Position numbers and translations under genes: made by a program
Notes under the pieces: model-generated
What the model saw: only the letters and a program-made list of their open reading frames with translations
Databases searched by the model: none
Told to the model about the DNA's origin: nothing
Source: Burkholderiaceae bacterium
GTDB lineage: Bacteria; Pseudomonadota; Gammaproteobacteria; Burkholderiales; Burkholderiaceae_C
Reading direction: 5' to 3'
Assembly: GCA_041912595.1 (NCBI GenBank)
Contig: JAYRMR010000013.1
Location: 1-64,000, forward strand
DNA length: 64,000 nt
Part shown: positions 26,070 to 36,034 of the stretch, one piece after another
How the letters are laid out: each line of letters opens with the position of its first letter
How positions within the stretch are numbered: the stretch's first letter is position 1

Positions 26070-27290
26070 ATGAACACCACCCCCTCCCGCCTCCTCTTCA
26101 TCGACTGGCTGCGCATCGCCGCCTTCGCGCTGCTGATCCCCTATCACGTGGGCATGTACTACGTGAGCTGGGGCTGGCACGTGAAGAACCCGGTGATCCA
26201 CGAGTCGCTCGAGCCCCTCATGCTGCTGAGCAATCCCTGGCGCATGGGGCTGCTGTTCCTGATCGGCGGCGTCGCCGCCAGCCAGCTGATGGGCAAGCTG
26301 CAGAGCCGCTGGAAGTTCGTGCGCGAGCGCAGCAGCCGCCTGCTGTGGCCGCTGCTGTTCGGCATGGCCGTGGTGGTGCCCATCCAGCCCTACCTGGAGG
26401 TGGTGCAGAAGATGGGCTACGCGGGCAGCTACCTCGACTTCCTGGGGCTCTACTTCAAGGCCTACCACGGCTTCTGCGAGGGCGACAAATGCCTGACGCT
26501 GCCCACCTGGAACCACCTCTGGTTCCTGCCCTACCTCTGGATCTACTGCCTGCTGGGCGCCCTGCTGGCCAAGCCCCTGGCACGCGGGGGTCAGGTCTTG
26601 CAGCGCGGCCTGCAGGGCCCGCGCGGGGCGCTGTGGCTGCTCGGTCTGGGCGTGCCGCTGATGGTGGCCCGCTGCTTCTACGGCCTCTTCCCCGTCACCC
26701 ACAACCTCACCGCCGACTGGTACAACCACATGGTCTCGCTGTGGCTGTTCCTGGTGGGCTGGATGGCAGCCTCCCAGGCCCCGGCGCTGTGGACCTGGGC
26801 CGAGCGCCTGCGCTGGCCGGCCTTGGTGGTCTTCCTGGCGGGCTGGGTGGGCTTCGGGCTCTACATGCGCCACTACGCCGACCACGACCCCTCGCAGTTC
26901 GTGCTTTACACCCAGCGCCTGCTCTACGGCCTGAAGCAGGGCGCCGCCCTGCTGGCCGTGCTGGGCTTCGGCAAGCGCCACCTGGACCGTGACCACCGCT
27001 GGCGCGCCGGCCTGAGCGCCGCCGTCTTCTGCGCCTATGTGCTGCACCAGAGCGTGATCGTGGGCCTGACGCCCCTGCTGGAGCCGCTGCAGCTGCCCGA
27101 CGGCCTGGAGGCCCTGCTCCTGATCGGACTGACTTTCCTGGCCTGCGCCGTGGCCTACCGCCTGGCAAGACCCGTCCCCGGCCTGCGCCGCCTGCTGGGC
27201 ATCGCCGCGCCCAAGACCCCTGCCCGGCAGACGGCGCGGGACGGGGCCACAATGCAGCTCCCTCAAGCCTCCGCCGCACAGCAGCCATGA
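26070..27290 (+). CDS. Acyltransferase family 3 (OpgC/MdoC-like) membrane protein
   Basis: [31 protein letters not shown]… with about 10 TM helices, the acyl_transf_3 signature. Confidence 0.75.
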   Translation: MNTTPSRLLFIDWLRIAAFALLIPYHVGMYYVSWGWHVKNPVIHESLEPLMLLSNPWRMGLLFLIGGVAASQLMGKLQSRWKFVRERSSRLLWPLLFGMAVVVPIQPYLEVVQKMGYAGSYLDFLGLYFKAYHGFCEGDKCLTLPTWNHLWFLPYLWIYCLLGALLAKPLARGGQVLQRGLQGPRGALWLLGLGVPLMVARCFYGLFPVTHNLTADWYNHMVSLWLFLVGWMAASQAPALWTWAERLRWPALVVFLAGWVGFGLYMRHYADHDPSQFVLYTQRLLYGLKQGAALLAVLGFGKRHLDRDHRWRAGLSAAVFCAYVLHQSVIVGLTPLLEPLQLPDGLEALLLIGLTFLACAVAYRLARPVPGLRRLLGIAAPKTPARQTARDGATMQLPQASAAQQP

Positions 27291-27733
27291 AGTACCTGCA
27301 CACGATGGTCCGCGTGACCGACCTGGACCAGTCCCTGAAGTTCTACCGCGACGCCCTGGGCCTGCGCGAGGTGCGCCGCACCGAGCACGAGGCCGGCCGC
27401 TTCACGCTGGTCTACCTGGCCGCCCCGGGCGATGCCGACGGCCCCTTCCAGCCGCAGGTCGAGCTGACCTACAACTGGCCCGCCCCGGACGGCACGGCCG
27501 AGGCCTACACCGGCGGGCGCAACTTCGGCCACCTGGCCTTTGCGGTGGACGACATCTACGCGGCCTGCCAGCGCCTGGCCGAGCACGGCGTGACGATTTC
27601 CCGCCCGCCCCGGGACGGCCGCATGGCCTTTGTGCGCTCGCCCGACAACATTTCCATCGAGTTGCTGCAGAATGGACCCGCCCTGGCTCCCGCCGAGCCC
27701 TGGGCGTCCATGCCCAATACCGGCAGCTGGTGA
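27287..27733 (+). CDS. gloA: Lactoylglutathione lyase (glyoxalase I)
   Basis: [26 protein letters not shown]…[17 protein letters not shown]…ISIELLQ is the canonical GloA sequence. Confidence 0.85.
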   Translation: MKYLHTMVRVTDLDQSLKFYRDALGLREVRRTEHEAGRFTLVYLAAPGDADGPFQPQVELTYNWPAPDGTAEAYTGGRNFGHLAFAVDDIYAACQRLAEHGVTISRPPRDGRMAFVRSPDNISIELLQNGPALAPAEPWASMPNTGSW

Positions 27734-27778
27734 TCGACCGGCGCCGGATGGGGCCCCGAGCCGCATCCCAGGAGCGCC

Positions 27779-28717
27779 ATGTCCGCACGCCGCCCCCGAT
27801 CGCCCCTCGCCTCGCCCCGCCGCGCCCCGCGCGCGGCCTCGATCCTGCTGGCCGCCTGCCTGGCGGTGCCGGGCGCGACCTTCGCGCAGGGGCAGGGCAA
27901 GCTCCTGCTCACGGGAGGCGTCAGCAGCATTGACGGCGCCGCCGGTGGCGGGCTCACGCCCTGGGCCCTGATCGGCAGCTATGCCGCGCCGGGCGAGGTC
28001 GGCGCCACCGCGTTCGCCACGCGGGTCCATACCCAGGACTACGGCCTGACGGTCGTCGGAGCGGCGCTGGGCCTGCACGACCGCTTCGAGCTGAGCCTCG
28101 CCCGCCAGGACTTCGCCACCGGCCCCACGGGCACGGCGCTCGGACTGCCGGGCTTGCATCTGAAGCAGGACATCTTCGGCGCCAAATGGCGGCTGGCCGG
28201 AGACGCGATCCTCGACAGCGACCGCTGGATGCCCCAGATCGCGTTCGGGCTCGAGCACAAGCGCAGCCATGCCGGCGCGCTGGCGCCCACGCTGGCCAGC
28301 CTCGGCGCGCGCTCGAGCGACACGGAGCTCTACCTCAGCGCCACCAAGCTGCTGCTGCGGCACAGCACGCTGCTGAGCCTGACGCTGCGCGCCACCCGCG
28401 CCAACCAGAACGGGCTGCTCGGCTACGGCGGCACCGCCAGCGGCCGCTACGGCCTGCATCCCGAGCTGTCCGTGGCCTACCTGATCAACCGCCATCTGGC
28501 CGTGGGCGCCGAGTACCGCGCCAAGCCGGACAAGCTCAACCCGTCCGCGCTGGGCCAGGGTCTGGCCGAGCAGGACTGGAAGGACGTCTACATCGCCTGG
28601 GCGCCGAGCAAGCAGTTCTCGCTGACCGCGGCGTGGGTGGACCTGGGCGCCATCGTGCCCGGCGTCGTGCCGCGGCGTCAGACGGGGCTGTACCTCTCGG
28701 CCCAGATCGCCTACTGA
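27779..28717 (+). CDS. Hypothetical secreted/outer-membrane protein (β-strand rich; DUF3034-like)
   Basis: Arg-rich signal region, alternating amphipathic β-strand pattern, C-terminal aromatic residue (…LYLSAQIAY). Confidence 0.55.
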   Translation: MSARRPRSPLASPRRAPRAASILLAACLAVPGATFAQGQGKLLLTGGVSSIDGAAGGGLTPWALIGSYAAPGEVGATAFATRVHTQDYGLTVVGAALGLHDRFELSLARQDFATGPTGTALGLPGLHLKQDIFGAKWRLAGDAILDSDRWMPQIAFGLEHKRSHAGALAPTLASLGARSSDTELYLSATKLLLRHSTLLSLTLRATRANQNGLLGYGGTASGRYGLHPELSVAYLINRHLAVGAEYRAKPDKLNPSALGQGLAEQDWKDVYIAWAPSKQFSLTAAWVDLGAIVPGVVPRRQTGLYLSAQIAY

Positions 28718-28761
28718 CCGGCCCCGCACGAAGCGCACCGGATGCCCCGAGGAGCCCGCCC

Positions 28762-29178
28762 ATGAACGCCAACGTCCTCATCCTGGCCCTGGTCCTCGCC
28801 GCCCCCGCGAGCGCGTGGGCGGACGAGAGCCTGTATGCCCGCCTGGGCGGCCAGGCCGCGCTGGAGACGGTCGTCGACGGCCTGCTGCAACGAGCCACGC
28901 GGGACCCACGCATCCAGGAGTTCTTCAAGGACACCAATGTCCGGCACCTGCGCACGCAGCTCGTGGAGCAGCTGTGCGCAGCGTCCGGCGGCCCTTGCCG
29001 CTACGAAGGCGAGACCATGAAGAACGCGCACGCCGCCATGGGCCTGCGGATGGCCCACTTCAATGCGCTGGTCGAGGACCTGCAGGACGCGCTGGACGCC
29101 GCCGGCGTGCCCTTCGCGCTGCAGGGCGAGCTGCTGGCGCTGCTCGCGCCCATGCACCGGGACATCGTCACCCGCTGA
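28762..29178 (+). CDS. Group I truncated haemoglobin (trHbN-type) with N-terminal signal peptide
   Basis: After signal peptide MNANVLILALVLAAPASAWA comes SLYARLGGQAALETVVDGLL…HLRTQLVEQLCAASGGPCRYEGETMKNAH…, the 2/2-globin fold signature. Confidence 0.75.
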   Translation: MNANVLILALVLAAPASAWADESLYARLGGQAALETVVDGLLQRATRDPRIQEFFKDTNVRHLRTQLVEQLCAASGGPCRYEGETMKNAHAAMGLRMAHFNALVEDLQDALDAAGVPFALQGELLALLAPMHRDIVTR

Positions 29179-29228
29179 GCGCCCTCATGCAGCGCCCCGC
29201 CCTGCCGGCCCCCACGAAGGCGACTGCC

Positions 29229-29375
29229 TCAGCGGCGGGCCTGCGCGGCGGTGTCGTCCTTCACGTGCTTGAGGAAGTAGCGCAGATAGAAGCCGCCCAT
29301 GCTGAGGGTGATGGCCAGCACGGCCAGGCTCATCAGGCCCACATCGCTGGTGAACAGCAGTTCGATGGCTTTCAT
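29229..29375 (-). CDS. Small membrane protein (DUF3149-like, 49 aa)
   Basis: MKAIELLFTSDVGLMSLAVLAITLSMGGFYLRYFLKHVKDDTAAAQARR. Too short for the ORF track, found by manual translation. Confidence 0.45.
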   Translation of the reverse strand: MKAIELLFTSDVGLMSLAVLAITLSMGGFYLRYFLKHVKDDTAAQARR

Positions 29376-29504
29376 GGTGGAGTCCGGAAGTCGTTGATGG
29401 AGCCTTCATTGAACGGCGCCGCCCCGCCCCTGTCCTTGCCCTGGCGCAAAGTGGCACCGCCAGGCGCGCCCCAGTGCGCGGCGTCTCTGCGCTGGCGCAA
29501 AACC

Positions 29505-29858
29505 ATGCTGCCAGCGCTGCTCCTGGCCGTGTGGCCGCCCGCACCGGCGGCCCCGCGCGAGCCGCCGGCGCCGCCGGGTCTCGTGGAGGTGGCGCAGGCC
29601 TACCGGCGGCATGTGGAGGAAAGCAATGCCGCGCTCATCGAGACCCTCGGGCCGGCACGCGCCCGCGAGCAGATGGTGCGCATCGTGGAGCTGGAGGCCG
29701 TGCGCTGCGAGTACCACTCGGGCCGCAGCCATGTGTGCCGCATCGTCGTCGTCACCGAGGTCAACGGCCGGGTGGGGCAGCGGCGCGGCGGGGACATCCT
29801 CATGATCCCCGACGGCGAGGATGGCTGGCGGGTGCGCCTCGTGCGCCGCCCGCGCTAG
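29505..29858 (+). CDS. Hypothetical secreted protein
   Basis: MLPALLLAVWPPAPAAP signal-like N-terminus, 117 aa. This region is read differently by overlapping frames. Confidence 0.35.
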   Translation: MLPALLLAVWPPAPAAPREPPAPPGLVEVAQAYRRHVEESNAALIETLGPARAREQMVRIVELEAVRCEYHSGRSHVCRIVVVTEVNGRVGQRRGGDILMIPDGEDGWRVRLVRRPR

Positions 29859-30772
29859 CCCTCGGCCGCGATCCAGCGGTCTCCCGGCCGCTCGGTGCAG
29901 GGCTCGTCAGGCCCGAAGCCGCCCTCGCGCACCAGCAGCCCCTCCGCGCGCTCGCAGAAGTCCACGCGACGGGCGTCGGGAAAGCGCCGCAGCAGCCAGT
30001 CCATCAGGCCCTGGGGCAGGCTGATGCGCTGGCGTGCGGCGGCGAGGTCCTCCTGCGGATGCTCCTGCAGATGCAGCCAGGGGCTGAACGCCGCCAGCCA
30101 GAGCCAGGGGCGACCGGGCAGCTGGATCACGGTGCCCTCGTAGCCCTGCCCGCGCAGCCATTGCTGGGCCTCGGGGCGATCCTGCGCATCGCCCCAGGCG
30201 GCCGCGAGCAGCTCCGCCAGCCATTGATTGCAGTTCTGGAAACGCAGGCCATAGACGTAGGCATTGGCGCTGTAGGCCGGATGCAGCAGCTGCAGGGCCC
30301 GCGCGTTGTCCAGCGCGACGTCGCGCAGCGCCTGCGCGGCTGGCGCCGGCAGCAACAGCAGGGCGACGAAGCCCTGCCCGGCGCGCTGCCCGCCCTGCAC
30401 GAAGGCGGCCAGGCCCTGGTCGAAGAGACGTGGGTGGCCGCTGTCGCAGTCGAAATAGAGCTGGCGCACGGCCCAGGGGCCCGCCGGGTTGTCGCGCAGG
30501 GCGAGGCCGGCATGCGAGTAGCGCTGGCCGAAACGCCGAAGGTCCAGGCCGTCGCGGGCGACGAGGGCCAGGTCTTGCCCACTCTGCGTCAGGAGCTCGC
30601 GCAGGGCCGCGCTGAAGCGCAGGGCGCGGGCCTGCTGGGCCACGGTCGGCTCGCGCTCGGCGGCACACAGCAGCTCGGCGCCTGCCCATGCGGGCGCCAG
30701 CGCGGCCAGGCTCAGCCCCGCGGCCAGCAGCACGCGGATCGCCCCGCGGGACAGCCGCCGAGGCGGGCTCAA
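29855..30772 (-). CDS. Hypothetical secreted protein (DUF2145-like)
   Basis: Signal peptide MSPPRRLSRGAIRVLLAAGLSLAALAPAWA. 305 aa. Confidence 0.55.
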   Translation of the reverse strand: MSPPRRLSRGAIRVLLAAGLSLAALAPAWAGAELLCAAEREPTVAQQARALRFSAALRELLTQSGQDLALVARDGLDLRRFGQRYSHAGLALRDNPAGPWAVRQLYFDCDSGHPRLFDQGLAAFVQGGQRAGQGFVALLLLPAPAAQALRDVALDNARALQLLHPAYSANAYVYGLRFQNCNQWLAELLAAAWGDAQDRPEAQQWLRGQGYEGTVIQLPGRPWLWLAAFSPWLHLQEHPQEDLAAARQRISLPQGLMDWLLRRFPDARRVDFCERAEGLLVREGGFGPDEPCTERPGDRWIAAEG

Positions 30773-31221
30773 CGCGTCACGGCCTGGCGCTGAAATTCGT
30801 GGCGCCAGGCGTCGTCCAGGGCCAGGAAGAAGGGCTCGGCGGCGCCCTCGCGGACAAAAGCCACGCCATAGGCCGGCGTGCTCACGGCGACGCGGTCGCC
30901 GGCCTGCAGCGCCGCGCGCTGCCGCACCTCGGCGGGCAGCAGCAGCGTGAACTGCTCGGCGTCGCCCTGCAGCTGCACGCGCTCCATGCCCGGGCGGCCG
31001 TCGGCTGCGGCGATCTCCACCACGCGGTAGGGGCCGGCCGCGACACGGCGGTCCGCCGAGCTGTTGCTCGAGCCCTGGATCGAGTCCGAGACGCTGCCCA
31101 CGGCCTTGGACACGCTGGCCGAGATCGACGCCACCGAGCTGCTGTCCGCTCGCGCCGCCAGGGGCGGCAGGGCAAGCAGCATGAGGGCGATGGCGGCGGG
31201 CAGGCGGCGGGGGTGTGTCAT
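30769..31221 (-). CDS. Hypothetical secreted protein
   Basis: MTHPRRLPAAIALMLLALPPLAARA signal peptide. Stop overlaps the downstream gene's start. Confidence 0.5.
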   Translation of the reverse strand: MTHPRRLPAAIALMLLALPPLAARADSSSVASISASVSKAVGSVSDSIQGSSNSSADRRVAAGPYRVVEIAAADGRPGMERVQLQGDAEQFTLLLPAEVRQRAALQAGDRVAVSTPAYGVAFVREGAAEPFFLALDDAWRHEFQRQAVTR

Positions 31222-31324
31222 GGCGGGGATGGGGTCAGCGTGAGGGGGCCGCGTGAGGGGGCGGCAGGCCCGGGCGAACGGCGTCCGCCCGTCCCGCAGC
31301 ATAGCGCCCCACCGTTCCCCAGCC

Positions 31325-33877
31325 TCAGACCGGCAGGTCGGCAAACTGCCAGCGGTTGCGCCCGCCGGCCTTGGCGGCATACATGGCGAGATCGGCCGCG
31401 CGCATCAGCGTCTCCACGCTGCGCCCGTCCTGCGGGAAGCGGGCGATGCCCACGGAGACACCCACCACCACGCTCTGCCCCGCGAGCACCACCGGCTGGC
31501 TGACGGCCTCGATGAGCCGCCCCGCCACCTGCTCCAGCTCCTGCACGCCGGCCGCCTGGTCCAGCAGCAGCACGAACTCGTCGCCGCCCAGGCGGGCCAG
31601 GGTGTCGGTGTCGCGCACCAGCGGCGTCATGCGGGCCGCCACGAGGCGCAGCAGCGCATCGCCCTGGGCGTGGCCCACGCTGTCGTTGACCGCCTTGAAG
31701 CCGTCCAGGTCCATGTACATGAGCGCCAGCTCGCGGCGCTCGCGGTGCGTCTGGCCCAGGAGCCGGCTCAGGCGCTCCATCAGCAGGCTGCGGTTGGCCA
31801 GGCCGGTGAGCGCGTCGTGGAAGGCCAGGTGGCGCAGGCGCTCGTCGCGCTGGCGGCGCTCGGTGCCATCGCTGAACACATGCAGCAGGCGCTCGCCCGC
31901 GCCGTCCTCGTCGGGGATGAGACTCACGTCCAGCCACTGCAGGAAGGCCTCGCCGCTCTTGCGACGCCGCCAGAGCTCGCCCTGCCAGTGACGCTGCGCG
32001 CGCAGCGCCAGCCGGGCCTGCGCTTCCAGGGCCGGGTCGTCGCGGCCCAGCAGGTCCAGGGTGCGCCCGAGCACCTCCTGCGCCTCGAAGCCCGTGATGG
32101 CCGTGAAGGCCGGGTTGACGGACAGGATCACGCCCTGGGCATCCGTCACCATGATGGCATCCACCGTGGCCTCCAGGACGGTGGCCGCCAGCATCAGCTC
32201 GCGCTGGGCGAGCTTCAGGCTCGTGACGTCGTTGGCGACGGCAAAGATGCCGCGCACCTCGCCCCGCGCGTCGGTGTCGGGCACGTAGTGGACCAGCATG
32301 TGGCCCAGGCGCCCGTCGGGCCGGCGGATGCTGCGCTCGAAGGCCTGCACCTGACCGGCCAGCACACCGTCGAGGTAGGGCTGCGTGCGCTCGAAGGCGT
32401 CCGCGCCGAGCACCTCGGGCATGCTCAGGGTCAGCATCTCCTCGCGGCTGCGGCCGTACCAGTCCAGGAAGGAGCGGCTCGCGAAGCGACAGCTGAGGTC
32501 CCGCCGCCAGTACGCGACCAGCCCCGGCACCGCATCGGCGATGTTGCGCAGCAGGCGGGCGTTCTCGAGCGCCTCCTGCGCCGCCGCGCGCGCCTGGTCC
32601 CGCGCCTGCACGAGCTGGCTTTCGAAGGCGCGCCGCTCGGTGATGTCCTCCACCATGCCGACGAAGCCCAGGGGCTCGCCGCGCAGGCTCTGCAGCTCCT
32701 GCGCGCGGCTGCGCACGTGGCGGATCTCGCCGCTGGGCCACACCACGCGGTAGACCTCGTCGAAGGGCACATTGCCGCCCTGGCTGAGGTGCGAGGCCTC
32801 GCGGACACGCTCGCGGTCCTCCGGGTGGACGCGTGAGAGCCAGGTCTCGTGGCTCACCTGGGCCGGCGTGATCTGGTAGATCTGCCGCCACTGCTCGTTC
32901 GTGTAGCCCGACAGCCCGCCGCGGTCGACATGGAACACGCCCACCGGCACGCAGTCGCTGAGGCTGCGGAAGCGCTCGGCACTCACGGCCAGGGCCTGGG
33001 CGGCCTCCTCGCGGGCGGTGATGTCGCGGATGAATTCCGTGGCGCCGGCCTCTTCGGGATGCGCGCCGGACTCCGCCACCAGCGTCACGGACACCAGCAG
33101 CCGCTGCCCGTCGAGGCGCAGGCGTTCGCTCTCATGGCTGAAGGCCTCGCCCGCGCCGAGCGCCTGCCGGTTGTTGAGCTCGCGGGCGCGCAGCGGCGCC
33201 GGCACCAGCTCGGCATGCGGCCGGCCCAGCAGCTGCAGCGGCGCGGCGCCGAAGAGGCGCTCGGCCGCCGCGTTCGCCCGGCAGATGAGCCCCTGCCGGT
33301 CGATGCTGAGGATGGCGTCGGCGCTGTGCTGCAGCAGTGCTGCGGCCCGCGTGGCCTCGGCCATGGCGTGGCGCTCGATGCGCCGCGCGCGCCGGCCTTC
33401 CAGCAGCTGGCTGGCGGCCACGGCGAGCTGCTGCAGGACCTCGCGCTGCGCCGCGTCGAGCTCGCGCGGCTCGCGGTCCACCACGCACAGCGTGCCGATG
33501 TGCTCCCCGCCACTCAGGCGCACCGGCGCCCCGGCATAGAAGCGGATGTGGGGCTCGCCGAGCACCAGCGGGTTGTCCGCGAAACGGTGGTCCAGCCGCG
33601 CATCGGGCACGACGAACAGCGCATCGCCCAGCACCGCATGGGCACAGAAGGCGGTGTCGCGCGGGCCTTCGAGCAGGCCCGGCATGCCCTGCTGCGCCTT
33701 GAACCACTGGCGGTGCGCGTCGATCAGCGTGAGCATGGACACCGGCACCCCGCAGACCAGCGAGGCCGTGCGGACCAGCGCATCGAACTCGGGCTCGGGC
33801 GCACTGTCCAGCACCTGCAGGGCGCGCAGGGCGGCCAGGGCACGGTCCTCGTCATCTCGCAGGGGCGCAGCCATCAT
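31325..33877 (-). CDS. Cytoplasmic sensor diguanylate cyclase (GAF–PAS×4–GGDEF)
   Basis: 850 aa. N-terminal GAF domain, four PAS/PAC repeats and a C-terminal GGDEF domain (…RLGGDEFVLLL… with RxxD I-site context). Confidence 0.9.
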   Translation of the reverse strand: MMAAPLRDDEDRALAALRALQVLDSAPEPEFDALVRTASLVCGVPVSMLTLIDAHRQWFKAQQGMPGLLEGPRDTAFCAHAVLGDALFVVPDARLDHRFADNPLVLGEPHIRFYAGAPVRLSGGEHIGTLCVVDREPRELDAAQREVLQQLAVAASQLLEGRRARRIERHAMAEATRAAALLQHSADAILSIDRQGLICRANAAAERLFGAAPLQLLGRPHAELVPAPLRARELNNRQALGAGEAFSHESERLRLDGQRLLVSVTLVAESGAHPEEAGATEFIRDITAREEAAQALAVSAERFRSLSDCVPVGVFHVDRGGLSGYTNEQWRQIYQITPAQVSHETWLSRVHPEDRERVREASHLSQGGNVPFDEVYRVVWPSGEIRHVRSRAQELQSLRGEPLGFVGMVEDITERRAFESQLVQARDQARAAAQEALENARLLRNIADAVPGLVAYWRRDLSCRFASRSFLDWYGRSREEMLTLSMPEVLGADAFERTQPYLDGVLAGQVQAFERSIRRPDGRLGHMLVHYVPDTDARGEVRGIFAVANDVTSLKLAQRELMLAATVLEATVDAIMVTDAQGVILSVNPAFTAITGFEAQEVLGRTLDLLGRDDPALEAQARLALRAQRHWQGELWRRRKSGEAFLQWLDVSLIPDEDGAGERLLHVFSDGTERRQRDERLRHLAFHDALTGLANRSLLMERLSRLLGQTHRERRELALMYMDLDGFKAVNDSVGHAQGDALLRLVAARMTPLVRDTDTLARLGGDEFVLLLDQAAGVQELEQVAGRLIEAVSQPVVLAGQSVVVGVSVGIARFPQDGRSVETLMRAADLAMYAAKAGGRNRWQFADLPV

Positions 33878-33943
33878 GGGCGGAGTCTTCCGTCAGATCG
33901 GACAGGCGTCATGGCAGCGGACGACCCCGCCGCGCAGCGCGGA

Positions 33944-35020
33944 TCAGGGCTTGGCGGCATCCGGCCAAAGGGTCTGCAGCAGCTGCGCCAGCCGCGCGCC
34001 GGCGCGGGCCAGCTGCTGGCGGATCAGCGCCTGGTTGCGGGCGTCGTAGTCCGCCGGCAGCGTCACCACCCAGCGCGAGCCGCGCAGGCTGGACTGGCGC
34101 TCGCCGAACTGGACGTTGGCGTAGGCGCTCTCGGCCTCGGCCATGGTCTCGCTGGCCCACAGGGCGGGCCACTGCGCCACCGGGCCGGCCGTGCCGGGCA
34201 CCTGGCGCGCGGCGGCCGGCAGGGCGGCCAGCTGCTCGGCGCTGAGCTTGCCCGGCAGGTTGTCCCAGTAGGCATGCAGATTGCCGCCAGGGCCGTTCGG
34301 GCCGTTGATCACGAGGGCATTGCCCCCGACGGTGCGGGCCTGGGGATCGTCGCCCTGCACGTCGGGGTCGCGGCGCTGGCCCTTCTCGTCGAGGTAGACG
34401 GAGCCCACGTGCAGCGGCTGGTGCAGGTCGCCCAGGTCGTGGACGAGCAGTGCCAGCGCCTCGCGCTCGGTCTGCAGCGCGAAGGGCGCCGGCGGGGTGC
34501 CGCCAGCGAGGCGCACCCGGGCGGCGTCGATCGCGGCGACGATGTCGTGGTCGCTCGTGCCCACCGAGCCCGCCTTGTAGCGGCCGCGCTCGAGGGCAGG
34601 ATTGGTGTAGTGGTACTGCTTGTGGCAGTTCTCCTCGCCGGGCTTCGGCGAGCAGCCGTCGTTGTTGCGCTTCACGTAGTCGCGCATGAGGGCCTCTTCC
34701 TCCGGCTTGTTCTCGAAGGGCGCGCACTCGGGGTAGCGGCCGGTCACCGTGTAGGCGAAGCCCTTGGACGGATCGATGCCCTTCACGCAGTCGGCCCAGA
34801 CGGCGATGTCGTGCAGGCTGGTCGTGCCGAGGATGCGGGCCACCTCGCGCTCGGCGCGCGTGCCCTTGATGAGCGTCGCGGCGATGTCCCCGACCGCCGA
34901 ATGACCGGTGGCGCCGAAGGCATGAGCGGCCTGGTGCGGCAGGGCCGCGAGGGCCAGGGTGGCCAGCGCGGTGGCGATCGAGCCGAGGGCCGGCTTGCGG
35001 GTGAGGGAGATGAACTGCAT
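33944..35020 (-). CDS. S1/P1 family nuclease (secreted)
   Basis: Signal peptide, then Zn ligands WADCV…, HYTN…, LVHDLGDLHQPLH typical of S1-P1 nuclease/3'-nucleotidase. Confidence 0.8.
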   Translation of the reverse strand: MQFISLTRKPALGSIATALATLALAALPHQAAHAFGATGHSAVGDIAATLIKGTRAEREVARILGTTSLHDIAVWADCVKGIDPSKGFAYTVTGRYPECAPFENKPEEEALMRDYVKRNNDGCSPKPGEENCHKQYHYTNPALERGRYKAGSVGTSDHDIVAAIDAARVRLAGGTPPAPFALQTEREALALLVHDLGDLHQPLHVGSVYLDEKGQRRDPDVQGDDPQARTVGGNALVINGPNGPGGNLHAYWDNLPGKLSAEQLAALPAAARQVPGTAGPVAQWPALWASETMAEAESAYANVQFGERQSSLRGSRWVVTLPADYDARNQALIRQQLARAGARLAQLLQTLWPDAAKP

Positions 35021-35156
35021 GGCGTGAGGTCGGTGACAGCTGATGGCCGATTCTCGATCAAGTCCATGACTGCGCCAGGGCTGGTGATTGCCCGGACGGC
35101 ACGGCGTGGCGCCCGGCGCACAATCCGCCATCCTTTCACCTGCCCCGAGCCGCCCC

Positions 35157-35513
35157 ATGAGCTATCTGCTGCTGATCCTCGAACCCCACGGCCAACGCGC
35201 CGAGCGCGGCCGGGAGGCCGGCGAGCAGGTCTACGAGCGCATGCTGCAGTTCGGCGCCGAGCTGCAGGCGCAGGGGCAGCTGCTGGCCAGCAACTCCCTG
35301 GCGGCGCGCGGCAGCCGCGTGCAGAAGCGCGACGGCCAGCTCAGCATCACCGACGGCCCCTTCGCCGAGAGCAAGGAGCTGGTGGGCGGCTTCTTCCTGC
35401 TGGACGTCCCCACGCGCGAGGCCGCGCTGGAGATCGCCGCCCGCTGCCCCGCCGCCGAATGGGCGACGGTGGAGGTGCGCGGCGTGGGCCCCTGCTTCGA
35501 CGACGCTCAGTAA
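35157..35513 (+). CDS. YciI-like (DGPF/YCII domain) protein
   Basis: MSYLLLILEP…GPFAESKELVGGFFLLDVPTREAALEIAARCP is the YCII-related fold. Confidence 0.75.
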   Translation: MSYLLLILEPHGQRAERGREAGEQVYERMLQFGAELQAQGQLLASNSLAARGSRVQKRDGQLSITDGPFAESKELVGGFFLLDVPTREAALEIAARCPAAEWATVEVRGVGPCFDDAQ

Positions 35514-35608
35514 AAACCCGGATCGCCGCGCCGCGTGTCGAAATTCCGCCGCGCCGATCGTCGTACCGGCATGGGGCTGCAAGGCGCAGCCCGTCACAGG
35601 AGGACGAC

Positions 35609-36034
35609 ATGCGATTCATGATCATGGTGCGCGCCAACGCCACCAGCGAGGCGGGCGGCCTGCCCGAGCCGGCGCTGATGCAGCAGATGGCGGATTTCCA
35701 CGAGGCGCTGGCCCGCGCGGGCGTGCTGCTGGACGCCGCGGGCCTGAAGCCCAGCCGCGAGGGCTGGCGCATCGAGCACGGCCCGCAGGGCGCCCGGCTG
35801 CTGGATGGCCCCTTCACCGAGACGAAGGAGCTGATCGCCGGCTACACGCTGATCCAGGTCCGCAACCGCGAGGAGGCCCTGGAGTGGGCACGCCGCTTCC
35901 CGGCGCCCTTCGGCCCGGGGCAGGACGGCTGCATCGAGGTGCGGCCGCTGTATGACCTGGAGGACTTCGACGCCGTCGAAGGCATCGACCGATTCAAGGC
36001 CCTGGAGGCGGGCCGCCAAGGAGAAGGCGCATGA
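35609..36034 (+). CDS. YciI-like (DGPF/YCII domain) protein, second copy
   Basis: MRFMIMVRANATSEAG…GPFTETKELIAGYTLIQVRNREEALEWARRFP. Confidence 0.75.
   Translation: MRFMIMVRANATSEAGGLPEPALMQQMADFHEALARAGVLLDAAGLKPSREGWRIEHGPQGARLLDGPFTETKELIAGYTLIQVRNREEALEWARRFPAPFGPGQDGCIEVRPLYDLEDFDAVEGIDRFKALEAGRQGEGA

Noticed and set aside
32849-36034. 1061-aa plus-strand ORF
   Set aside because: Mostly antisense shadow of the GAF-PAS-GGDEF gene and the S1/P1 nuclease. Only its last 142 codons (35609–36034) are a real YciI-like gene.
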